Origin: Amphiscolops sp. MND2022
Taxonomy: Eukaryota
Direction: 5' to 3'
DNA: 64,000 nt
Assembly (NCBI GenBank): GCA_964187785.1
Contig: OZ076413.1
Location: 49,230,001-49,294,000, forward strand
Numbering within the stretch: position 1 is the first letter of the stretch; every line of letters begins with the position of its first letter. The position numbers were made by a program, and so were the translations under genes. The notes beneath the pieces were generated by a model, which saw only the letters and a program-made list of their open reading frames with translations, was not told the DNA's origin and made no database searches. This document shows, one piece after another, positions 54,301 to 64,000 of the stretch.

Positions 54301-57300
54301 GCCCCCGAGCTTCGGAAAATAAATTTTGAATTGTCACGTGATGGTCGTTGACCTTAAAACAAGTTTTAACACCAACGGCAATAAAAAAGTCTTTTGTATG
54401 AAAAGCCGAAAAGAAATTTTAACGCCTGAATTGCTCACGACATGCTACAAAAAGTAATGACCTTGCCGTATAAAATTTGTATACGAAGTTGTATTGATTT
54501 GATCAAAATGCAGCAACACTGGGTCAAAAACACTTCCACGAGGCCAACTTGACGACGTGCCAATGAACTGCCCAGCGCTACTTGATGTGCACTCTACCTC
54601 CTCAGTGGGACATAAATGACCCTGGGTAAAGACTCAATGATGCCAACCCACCTTGACGGGGACGTCAAGACTAGACCCCGGGGAGTGTATGTAGCGATTA
54701 CCTATCGAGTACACGATTTCGAAAATTTCGATGAAAATTTCGTTCAAGGGACTATATCCCCTCTACTGAAAAGTCATATTCCGCTGGACGGCAGCCTGTC
54801 TTTACTCAAGTACCTGCCCACAGAATTGAAGAGAATTTGAGTAAAAGACTCAAAAGAGACCCCAACCGAACGAGAAGACTGCAGAAAAACACGGCCGCTG
54901 TCAGAAAAAGACTCAAATTTCTGTCAAAACGGACTGAACTTTGTTCTAGCGAGTGCTTTCTTCAGCGAAGCGTTACAAGACGCTGTGATTACTGAAAATG
55001 AGTCAATTGGCTTGACCAAGCATCCGTGCTTGTGTCCCCGGCTAATTGCTGCCCCAAAAGTGCTAATTATGTAGTAATTTTCGTATTTTCTTGTTGTAAC
55101 AGCTCGTGAGCTACTTACTTCGATTTCCTGTGTAACTTCGAAAAAACTTGATTTTTCCTTTCCACCACTTGCATTTTTTAAAGGCTATCTAAGCGTTGGT
55201 TCCGAAGAAAAAGCGTAATGCGCGCTACTGTTAGCAATTACAGACTGGATCAGGCCGGCGAGCACTTCTTAAGAAGCGGAATCCTCCTCTGACGGGACAT
55301 TTCTTACCCGAAGGAGGCAAAATGGACTCATGGCCATGGGTGCCTGTCCCGGGCAAATACCCATGCCATGTGTTCCTCCTGCTCTTATGGTTACGGCGAC
55401 AATGGTGAGAGCTTGTCGTTACATAATATAAATTTATGTAGATACTCAGCCAGTCCTTGTCTCGTGCATGGTACCTACGGGTTTAATTGAGTGGTAGTGG
55501 AGCAATCTTATGTATTGTTAAAGCTACCGTAATTCCAAAAATCTTACACATACTATGATCATAGCATAGTGAGTATGTTGGGTTAACCCGGGTATTTACT
55601 TGTCAATTAGTCAGACTCAAGCTATTCTTTCTATCTACTTTTTTAGATTAGGTCGAGAATGATTGTCTCGACCCATGTAATTGGAAAAATGAGTGAAAAA
55701 TATCAAATATTACTATTCTTCAGTGCAATTGAATGAAAGCCCCACAAAAACCTCAAATCAATTCTCAATTTTTTTAAGTATTCTGTACGGACTTTCATAT
55801 GAGCACGTGACGTCACCCGTTGAAACGCTTTGCCGAACTGTTTATTAAAAAATGATTTCTGTTCAATTTTGAATTTTCCGTTTTTGCCTTTTCAACTCGA
55901 TGTCTTTCTACTCGATGTTAAATTCGCGGTCGTTTATATAAAATACCAATTGGAGACGAAGTCACTGTCGAGGCCTATAAAATGATTATTCATAGCGGTT
56001 TAAACAACAAGACGTCCGCTTTAAGCACCGGGATATTTTCCGTCACATTCGTATTGTAAAACAGTATGGCAATAACGAGGCTCAAAAGCCCGCAGCACTA
56101 GTCAAATGAGCAAAAAAAGTATGACGAAGGAGATGTACTGCCTGGGAAAGCAGAAACAAGCCTGGAACGGCATAAGTAGGCGCCCCACGTCAGTGTCAAA
56201 AAAAGTAAAAGTACTACAAAGCGTCAAGGATTCGTACCAAAAAACCCAAAGGCGGACCTTTTGGAAGGGGCGTATCATTTTCGAAGCTCCGCCTCGTCCT
56301 TAGAAAAACGCAATTTATTTCGATTTCTACGTCAAAAATTCGGATGTAGCGCGCTGGTCCAAATTAGAATGCTTTCATTCAAACCTCCGTCTCCTCCTTA
56401 GTAAAAGGCAATTTACTTCGGATATAACGTAAAACGAAGGATATAGCGTGCTGGGACAAATAGGAGTGCTTGTTTTAAAACCTCGTCCTCCTCCTTAGTA
56501 AAACGCAATTTATTTCGGATATAAGGTCAAAAGGTCGAATATAGCGCGCTGGGAGAAATGGGAGTAAGTAACTACAGTATCTAATTGGAATAATAAAGTG
56601 GAGATTTGGCAAAATTTGGAAAAAAACGCTACAGAGATGGTGATTTTCCTCCCCTACACAATAAACTAGGCCAAAAATAATAAGAGAGGGGCGTTAAGTG
56701 ACTTAGTTTATGATTACTAACCGAACCAGTTGAAGTGGCAGCAACCGGCAGGATTGAACCAGTTGGGCAGTTTGTTCATGTCTCCCTGGGAGGTTCCAGC
56801 AGGTGCTATGTCTGGGGTGAGAAAAGCGTTTCCTTGTTGCGCTCCCATGCAATCGTGGTATGCGGCTGTGCCTGCACCAGTGCTGTATGTGCCCACTGAG
56901 TATTGGAATCCATTTTCCTGGAATTTAACTTTATCGGTCAGCGGGCTTTGAAGAAAAAAAAGAAGGAGCCAGTTATCGTTTTTTGCCCGTTATCAAGGTG
57001 TTATTTGACAATTGTTGTAAATATCTTTATGTCCATGAATCTGTACTACTTATTTGTTCTATGTAGTAATTTTGACAATTATGTTTTTTAAGAGTCTAAA
57101 TGTGTAGCACCAACGCATGTGAATCTCAAAAACGTTCACGGATCTATTGAATAAGAGATAATCCACATGTGCATGAACTTTTGTCCGCGTGAACATGAGA
57201 AAAGTGAAGAAAGTGTGTAAGTAATACTGGGGTGACCTCTGAAGCGACTACGAAGTTGCTGTACGTGACCTGTTTGATCACGTTGTTCTTGCTGAACTTG

Positions 57301-59586
57301 AGTCTGAGGGTGTTCTTGCCATTGGTAGTCAGACTGTTGAGCTTGGCCAGCCCCACCCACTCGTCCTTGCCCTCTCCACCCCCTATCCCTTCTACCATCT
57401 CATCCCACGTGGCATCTACCAAATATTGCAAACCCCAATATATTAAGTTCAACTCCCACACATACATTCAATGTTGCATAATTCCATAATGGGCTCTTTC
57501 TTGACGCTACGAAGGTATTTTGCAACATATAACATTTCAAAGAAAAGAATCCAAACTTTGGATTTCATCACATATATCTTAAAGCAGTAACTCGCTTCAC
57601 GCAATATTGTAATGCATTCTTAAATTTTCGATAATATCTCGGCATTTTTGATGATCTTAGTTTTAATATAGTAGAGTCAAAATGATGAGCTATTTTTCAG
57701 TATAATCTGAAGCCTTGATTGTACCCTACTTAAAAAAACTTCTAAAAATTAAATTTGTCTCATTTTGTAACCATTGTAAAACTTTGGGTTTACCACCGAA
57801 AATCATTAGATATTATTGACACCTGGGAACAAAAAATGTTAACTAAAACGATAAATTTACTGGAAAAGTCGATATCAGCGAAGACTCGTTTGAGCACGAT
57901 ATTCCATCCTGGGTCTTCTTGAGCGTACTTGAAAGCCCAGTGTTTGTGTGACGTCATTGTTTCGTCAGTTTCTCCGATTCGCAGCATCTTGTTGAAGTAT
58001 CCGCTGAGGAAATACAGTTCACAGACGCCATTTTCCTCGTCATAGACACACGCGTTGCAGGACACATCGCCAGGTTTGAAGCACTCATTTCTACAGCTCA
58101 GGTCCAAGTTGACATCCGTGATTTTGAGACTGGGCTCGTTGAATTTGTTCAGCTGCACGTCGGTCATGAAGAATACGTCGTTTGCTCGTACCCAGAAATT
58201 AGTAGTCACACTTGCTTAAATGAAAGAAACGATTCCAAGAAATTTGTTTCGTTTTGAAACTTGTGCGTTTTGAACTATCGTTTTTTTTAGTCGATACTTT
58301 CCTTAGAAAACAAAAAATAAAGTAGTGACTTTTAAAGAGACCACGCGAACTGACAGATTTGTAAATATTTTTGCCAGTATTTTCATTTCGTGACCACGCT
58401 ACATGACCTTGTGCTACACGCCAACGCCACTGGAACTACACGGGCCACTAATACTACATCGGTTCGAATCCCGCGTTACACTGACATTTTTGTTTGCAAA
58501 AGTAAACGAGACCAAAGTGTCCCCTTTTAGTTTTTTTCAGAAATGGGCGACTTTTTGTGAATTTGTTAAAATTTAAAATGTCGTCCCTTCAAATTCTTTG
58601 GCGCTCGGCGACTTGTTTATGAAAATTTTAGTTCACAAATTTGACTTTTTGTTGTTGTCAGTGACAGAAAAGTGTTTTCCGAGTCTCAGGGGTTTTATTG
58701 CTCTCGAAAGACTTTGCTCGTGCTGACTTGGGCCGTTTCCAGCTTATTTGCTTATCTCGTGTACAATTTAGAGCATTTCGATTCGATTTTATGTTGCAGT
58801 TTTTGTTGGGCGATTAATTCAGCGCGGCTTAGTAAATTCAGTGAAAAGTTTTTTCGTGTCCCGAAAAGCTAAAAGTGTTTGGTTCAGAAAATGGAAAGAT
58901 CAATTGCAACCTACACTAGGGCTCAGCTAAGGTGCAAAAGTTCCAAAACTGGAAAAATATTGATCTTGAAAATAAACTCTAAATGTTAGTAATTTCTCAT
59001 GAAAATGAAACAAGAGACTCAGTGAAACTGATAATTTCGTTTCCGTTGATGAAAGGCTTGCATAGGAGTTTCAAAATTTTTATTGCCTGAATCTATCCAA
59101 TATATTGAATATAAATTTGGGAGCACTTGCACGTAATTAAAAACTTTCTGAGCCCAAAAAGCAGTGAAAAAGTGAAAAAAAAATTTTCAGTGATATCAAT
59201 ACGCTCATAGCATTATGAGTTGGACCAATCATTTGACCATGTTCGAAGATTTTTGGAAGAAAACGAAAGATTAATTCTGACTATGAAACTGTCAAAATAA
59301 CAAAAAAACGTTTACGAAGAAATGAAATGAAATTTTAGGCCTTTCCTTGTTTTAGTGGTGCGCTAGAACAATTTTCATAGATTTTAGCCGAATTGGACAT
59401 GTGCATGTTTCTTGCAGTAACATTAATGCCCACTGTTGGTTCCATAATAAGTTATTTCCGGTTATTAAACATTATTACGTAATTAAAAAGCTCCACATGA
59501 TAACTTTTGCTTGGCAACATGTTCACTAACTTACCCGTTACCAGCAGAGTGAAAAAACGCCAAATAACGAAAAGTGATATATCCAT
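27370..59586 (-). CDS. Secreted PAN/apple + fibrinogen-related domain (FReD) protein, 5 exons
   Basis: Exons 59586-59535 (signal-peptide-like MDISLFVIWRFFTLLVT), 58214-57861 (PAN-like CRNEC...CNAC...CEL, then GWNIVLKR...DF), 57415-57237 (TWDEMVEGIG...EWVGLAKLNSLT...YSNF), 56917-56722 (YSVGTYS...FLTPD...WF...CHFN) and a probable terminal exon 27503-27370. All phases are compatible. The donor at 57236 is weak and the last exon is inferred. Confidence 0.7.
27783..28495 (+). mobile_element. Non-autonomous interspersed repeat (family A), second copy
   Basis: Begins AACAAAACGGGGACAACTAAAGTCGGCGC and ends near CTAGCCACTGTAAGAGTCG. Homologous to 21281-21681 in the opposite orientation. Confidence 0.6.
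28732..31178 (+). repeat. 5' LTR of the outer element (2447 bp)
   Basis: TGTAGGATTTT...AAAATCTTACA, highly similar to 33141-36197 plus 55424-55548. Confidence 0.92.
31180..31196 (+). promoter_or_regulatory. Primer-binding site, probably tRNA-Asn
   Basis: TGGCGCTCCTGGGTGGG lies 1 nt after the LTR. Its complement CCCACCCAGGAGCGCCA resembles the 3' end of animal tRNA-Asn (CCCACCCAGGGACGCCA). Confidence 0.65.
31290..32551 (+). pseudogene. gag: gag (capsid domain plus CCHC knuckle) with one frameshift and one in-frame stop
   Basis: PEKF...WENWVKHFNAVALVNGW...Q..NEDLREFSRRV...DQFIEGL and CFHCKSYGHYARQC. Frameshift near 31528, stop at 32210-32212. Confidence 0.85.
33141..36197 (+). repeat. 3' LTR of the outer element (main part; remainder at 55424-55548)
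   Basis: Starts TGTAGGATTTT after the PPT. Carries segments of about 0.5 kb (33950-34462) and about 0.2 kb (35634-35830) that are absent from the 5' LTR. Confidence 0.92.
36198..36931 (+). repeat. 5' LTR of the Gypsy element
   Basis: TGTAGCGATT...GTCGTTACA, near-identical to 54690-55423. Confidence 0.96.
39322..49089 (+). pseudogene. gag-pol: gag-pol polyprotein with C-terminal extension; one frame, four in-frame stops
   Basis: ORFs 39169, 45250, 45613, 48013 and 48784 share one frame, with stops at 45226, 45580, 47992 and 48763. Domains: gag, two CCHC knuckles, protease DTG, dUTPase-like segment, RT (YIDD), RNase H (DTDAS), integrase (HHCC, DDE, GPH), AT-hooks and macrodomain-like repeats. 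First ATG is at 39322. Confidence 0.92.
49303..53673 (+). pseudogene. Extra ORF in the env position (1456 codons, one in-frame TGA) with an SGNH-hydrolase-like domain
   Basis: 49303-52956 and 52993-53673 are in the same frame, separated by one TGA. A pyrimidine tract plus CAG acceptor at 49281-49292 precedes the ATG. Pro/Ser/Gln-rich N-terminal third, then globular domains. Confidence 0.75.
54690..55423 (+). repeat. 3' LTR of the Gypsy element
   Basis: Near-identical to 36198-36931 and preceded by a short purine-rich tract. Confidence 0.96.
56005..56682 (+). mobile_element. Family B repeat, partial second copy
   Basis: Shares the CCTTAGTAAAACGCAATTTA.TTCGGAT minisatellite and the GTGGAGATT...TGATTTTCCTCCCC end with 22520-22962. 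Confidence 0.6.
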
Positions 59587-60399
59587 AGTTATGCCATGGT
59601 AACATATACTGTCTTTTTTTCAACAAAAAGTCTGAAGTAGTCAAATTTGCAGTTGAAATAGACTAAAGATGTCCAAACCGACGCAGTTTTGTTGGTAGCA
59701 CACTATTCATATTTAATTTCTTTTTGCAGATGTGCGAGTTTAACAAAAGATCTTTCTTGTAATTTTGGTTTTCCTCTCCACGCTGCTTGCGGGATAAAGT
59801 TCCCGTAGATCTAAACTGTTTCATTTTCATGGAGGACATGCATTTATTTATTAGCAGGTGTTTAACTTACAAAGAAGCCCAAATTAAGGAACGCGGTTGA
59901 AAAAGTGGGAGGACGTGATTGTAGTTTCAAAAAAACTTGCAGTTCTCACTTTTTTGCATTTTGAAGCGAAATCAGCTTTCGCCACAGGCATACAGAAAAA
60001 ACAACGCGAAAATTTGGATTGGAAAATGAAAAAAGAATAAGTAATGCGTTGAATATTTTGAACAAAAAAATATTTGGAATGTCTGGCTGAAAATGATGAA
60101 ATGACTCTCAAATCGTTTGCTTGAACATGTGATCAAAAATTAAAGCAGCGCAGAACAGATGAGGTTCAATGACGGTATCAGTTAACGGAGGCTATTTAAA
60201 GCTCTGAAAAGCAGTTCTTTAAGAAATGGAAGCAGTTGGCTATGTTTGATGTGAGGCTCGGTATTTCCCCCTTGGTTGGCTTCATACTTTTCCAAGTCTG
60301 CCATCATCAAACCAGCTGATAGAATAGTAGTGCTATGAGCTTCGCTCTGGCTTGATCGCAACTGTTCTGACGGGGGTTCTCACCAAATGTAATTGGGGG

Positions 60400-63300
60400 T
60401 AGTTGTTTACGATCAAATTTGTGTTTTATGACTCAAAATTTCAAGTTTGAGCAAATAGCTGATTAACAATATTTGAAAAATTCAAAAAATGTCAAAGTTC
60501 GTTGTTTTGCAAACATTTAGGCGCAGCTGTCTACGCCAAATTTCTGATGCAAACTTTGATTCAAACAATGCGCTAGTTCAACACTCAACCAATATCAAAC
60601 CAATATACCGGGTGCTGTTCGCTCAATTCCACAACTCTTGTCAAATGAAGCTCTCGAAAAGAGACTTTTTGATGGTTTTTCCCGTTTCTCTGGCCTTGGT
60701 GGAAAAAGTGTTTGAGCCTAAAATTGCCTTAGTCTTAGCTCAGAACAAAAAACTCAAAACCTAAAAACTCCTCGAGACTAAAACTCTTAGTAACTGATTG
60801 ACTCACTCCAGTTGTCGTATAACATAACCTGTTGAAGGATTGAAGTGGTTTTGTACTGGCCTTCAACAGGTTTTGATTATGAGCCTAGAGTAGCTAGTTC
60901 CAGACTTTGAAGGAACTCCAAAAAGTACAAAACTTCCCAAAAACGCGCACACTAAATGGAGAGCAACAACAATCACAATTGGCTCTATTTCTCGGGCATA
61001 ACCGAAGGCTACACGATTTGGAGCGCTAGGTTTCAAGCCTTTTCTCGAACGAAAGGCCTTTTCGAAACTCTCACTGAAGATGAGCCAGCACCACCGTCCT
61101 ACAAGGCTTGGCAATAATCCAACTTACGAGCAACAGGCAGCAGAAGCAGACTACAGGCGGGCGCTTGATAACATCGAGGAATGCAAGAACACACCCTTTG
61201 CTACTTTGCGATGGTTCTCGATAAAACCAGCCTAACCAGCCTGATGTTGATGAGGCACGACTGTGCTCGAAGTCTTTTTATTGAATCAAAACACAGCAGC
61301 TCATGAAAGGAACTTATGGAAGGACAAAACAGACGAAAGGAGGAAAAAGCCCATATGAAAAGTTTTGGCGCCGAAAACCATGAACAGATCATTCGAAGGT
61401 TTTTGTTTGTCTAGCGTACGTAAACAACCGATACCTTGAAAAATCAAAATGCGACCCGGAAGCACCAAAACACGTATGCCTTGGCTACGTTGATACAGCA
61501 CAGCCTACTTGTTGCAAGACGTTGAAACGAGGACGTCGATACGAGCTCGAAACGTCGTGCTCAATGTGAAGAAAGCAGTTGGTTTCTTCAACAAATCAAG
61601 AGAAGACGAAAACTCCGATCTTCGTTTTGTTGTTTCTTTCGAAAATGAAATTGAGCAAGGTAACGTCGAAACACAAATAAAGTAGAAGTCAAGCATCAGC
61701 AACCAGATGTTGAGACCAAATTAGAAAAACTTTCTGATGAGAGAATTTCATCTGCTGATTAGTCTGAGAATCAATTTAAATGTTCTAGAACCGTACCTTT
61801 GAACCCTGAAGTAGAGGTTCAGCATGTAAGTCTGAGCTCATCAGGGCAAACAAAAGAGCCGAGGCCGTCTAATAATCCTGTGTTGCAGGAACGAGCGTCT
61901 ATAACCAGTGAAGTACCACAAACATCACAACGCAAAGCATCAAGTCGAAACCTCCCTCCTTGGTTACAACTAGCGTGTCCCTCGAAAGAAGAAGTGCGCG
62001 ATGAAAGATGTGATAAATACCAAGACATGAAAGAAACTAGGAAACAATCAAAAACAAAAAGCGAGAAGATAGCTCGAGAAATCCACCTCAAAGACAAGGC
62101 GAGAGTTACAGCCATAGCACAACTTACATTTCTATAGATCCAGAAACATAAGATGAAGCTTCTGGTTCTAGTGATAGAGTCGAGTGGCAAGAAGTTATCC
62201 AAACTGAGCTAAAGTGTCCTAAGGAAACTAAAACTTGGAATTTAGTTGAGCGGCCAACTCAGAAAAACGTGATTCCTGGAAATTGGGTTTCCAAAAGGAA
62301 AACCAAAGCTATGGAAGCATTGAAAACTATAAAGCTCGGTATGTAGCCAAAAACTTAATCCAAATTGAAGGCATTGACTATTCAGAACCGTTTGCACCAA
62401 CCAGTAAACTTGAAACTTTGCGTATCATACTTCTGTTCGATGCGAAAGGCAAGTTTACGCTCAAACAAATAGAAGTGAAATCAGCTAACTTGCATCCTGA
62501 AGTCAAGGAAAATATATGTCTTTAGCAACCAACAGGCATCTAAAAACTAGATAGCTCAGGTAACAAACTTGTCTGCAAACCAAAAGTTCAATCTAAGGAT
62601 TGAAACAGGCTGCTAAAAATTGGTACGAAGAACTAGCAATCTTTCTCATACAACAAACTTTCATTCTGACTGACAAAAATGATTACTGCCTGTTCAGTAA
62701 AATTGAAAACAATGAAGTGTTGTATCTTTTATGATCGGTAGATGATTTTGTGATAGCCGGTAGGAACAATGGCGGTAGAACGCCAGCTGAGAACAATCTC
62801 AATCAAGTTAAAGCAACTGAGAATGAGACATTGGTAGATGAAAGATTGCATAGAAGTTCAGTAGGGTCTCTACTATGCATAGCTGAGCAGACTATGCCAG
62901 ACATAGAGTGGATAGTTATTGTGCTCTCACGATTCATCGACTAACCAACAAACACTGCTTGGCTGGCTGGCAAAGATGTTCTCCGGTATCTTCAAGCCGA
63001 CTTCCATTGGTCTACCCGTGAGACAATGATTTTTACCTACTCGGAGAAAGCAATGCAGATTGGAGCAGACTGGAGGGGGGCTACTTTTTTGAAGCTCGGT
63101 AATCGTTTGGTAGCAGTTAGGTGACAAACCAAGAAACAACAGACTGTGGCTCTTTCATCCTGCGAAGTTGAGTACCAGGATTTGGCAGCAACTTTGCAAG
63201 AGGCAACTTTCTTGTGATCCATCCTCTGGAACATGGGCTATCAGCAGATGCAGGCAACACGCATTGGTGAAGACAACCTAGCCTGACAACCTAACCCCCG

Positions 63301-64000
63301 TAATGCACAAGCTATCAAAGCATATTGACACAATGTATTTGTCCGTGGAAAAGGCGATGACAATTCTGTTCAACTGATCTATTTGCCAACAGATAAACTG
63401 GCAGCCGATTTTTTGAAAAAGGAACCTCCACAACTGAAAGTGGAACAACACCGGCGATTTCCATTGAGTCAAAGTTAGATTCTTTCTCTAGTTTCGAAAA
63501 AATCAGATTGGGGTGTTAAGGAAATCTTACGCAAAATTCAAGAGCAAAAGACTTTGCCTTATATTACTAGTAGCTCAAAGTTTAGACGAAACAAACTTAC
63601 CAGACGTACTCCTGAAAAGCAATTCTGACAGAAAGTAATGTTTGGTGCTACTTCAGTTGAATTATTTGCTGGTGTTCAACATTCAATATTGAATGTCGAA
63701 ATTACTAACAAACATAACTTCTTTGGTCGTAAAACCCTCAGGCGAACTTATACATCGCAGTAATACAATCTTTGTTTTCTCACAACTCATGTTGTCAAAT
63801 CAAGCTCTCAATGATTGACTTTCTGATAAACTTTCTCGTTCCTCTAGCTTTGGCGGAAAGGGTGTTTGAATTCTATAATATACTTAGTCTTGTCTGGGAA
63901 CAACAAACTGAAAACTGAAATCCCAAAAACTCCTCGAGACCAAAAATCCCACTAATTGACTGACTCTCTGACCATGAATCACCGAGTCACATAAACTGTT
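60400..64000 (+). mobile_element. Heavily decayed Ty1/Copia LTR retrotransposon
   Basis: RVT_2 remnants (TWNLVERP...YKARYVAK...QIEGIDYSEPFAP) and RNase H remnants (KKQQTVALSSCEVEY, GEDN, KHID, LAAD). Diverged direct repeats at about 60630-60833 and 63780-64000. Copia-type PBS remnant GATTATGAGCCTAG after CAACA at 60867. Many stops and deletions; the left boundary is approximate. Confidence 0.85.

Larger units (their letters stand above)
36198..55423 (+). mobile_element. Ty3/Gypsy LTR retrotransposon, 19.2 kb, nested in the 3' LTR of the outer element
   Basis: 734-bp LTRs (36198-36931, 54690-55423), TG...CA, about 4 mismatches seen. Domain order PR-RT-RH-IN. Confidence 0.96.
28732..55548 (+). 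mobile_element. Non-autonomous gag-only LTR retrotransposon with very long LTRs (outer element)
   Basis: TG...CA termini, 5-bp TSD CATAC (28727-28731 and 55549-55553), PBS at 31180 and PPT G10AA at 33129-33140. The internal region is only about 1.96 kb. The 3' LTR is split by a nested Gypsy element. Confidence 0.92.

Overview
Eukaryotic, AT-rich, probably animal genomic DNA (it carries a ciliary gene and a fibrinogen-domain gene), dominated by mobile elements. (1) 1-14159 is the right part of an apparently intact Polinton/Maverick (endogenous polintovirus). It encodes a minor capsid protein, a major capsid protein, an integrase, a protein-primed PolB, two packaging-type ATPases and several accessory ORFs, and ends in ...ACTACT. 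(2) A near-identical 0.82-kb duplication follows, and its second copy preserves the probable empty insertion site. (3) The 3' seven exons of CFAP221/PCDP1 lie at 18309-23595. (4) A single-exon CCCH zinc-finger gene and a perfect 148-bp palindrome come next. (5) A minus-strand PAN + fibrinogen-domain gene has a last intron of ~29 kb that appears to hold a nested LTR complex. The outer element is gag-only with 2.4-3.2 kb LTRs. A 19.2-kb Gypsy element sits in its 3' LTR and carries tandem TARG1-like macrodomains plus a 1456-codon extra ORF with an SGNH-like domain. (6) A decayed Copia element closes the window. The most striking signals are in the Polinton. All nine visible start codons sit in ATAAATG, which resembles the poxvirus late promoter. 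A GC-rich AGCT-core motif is scattered through it, including inside genes. A candidate Pol III, VA-RNA-like structured RNA lies near its terminus. All protein-family calls come from motif recognition by eye, not database searches.
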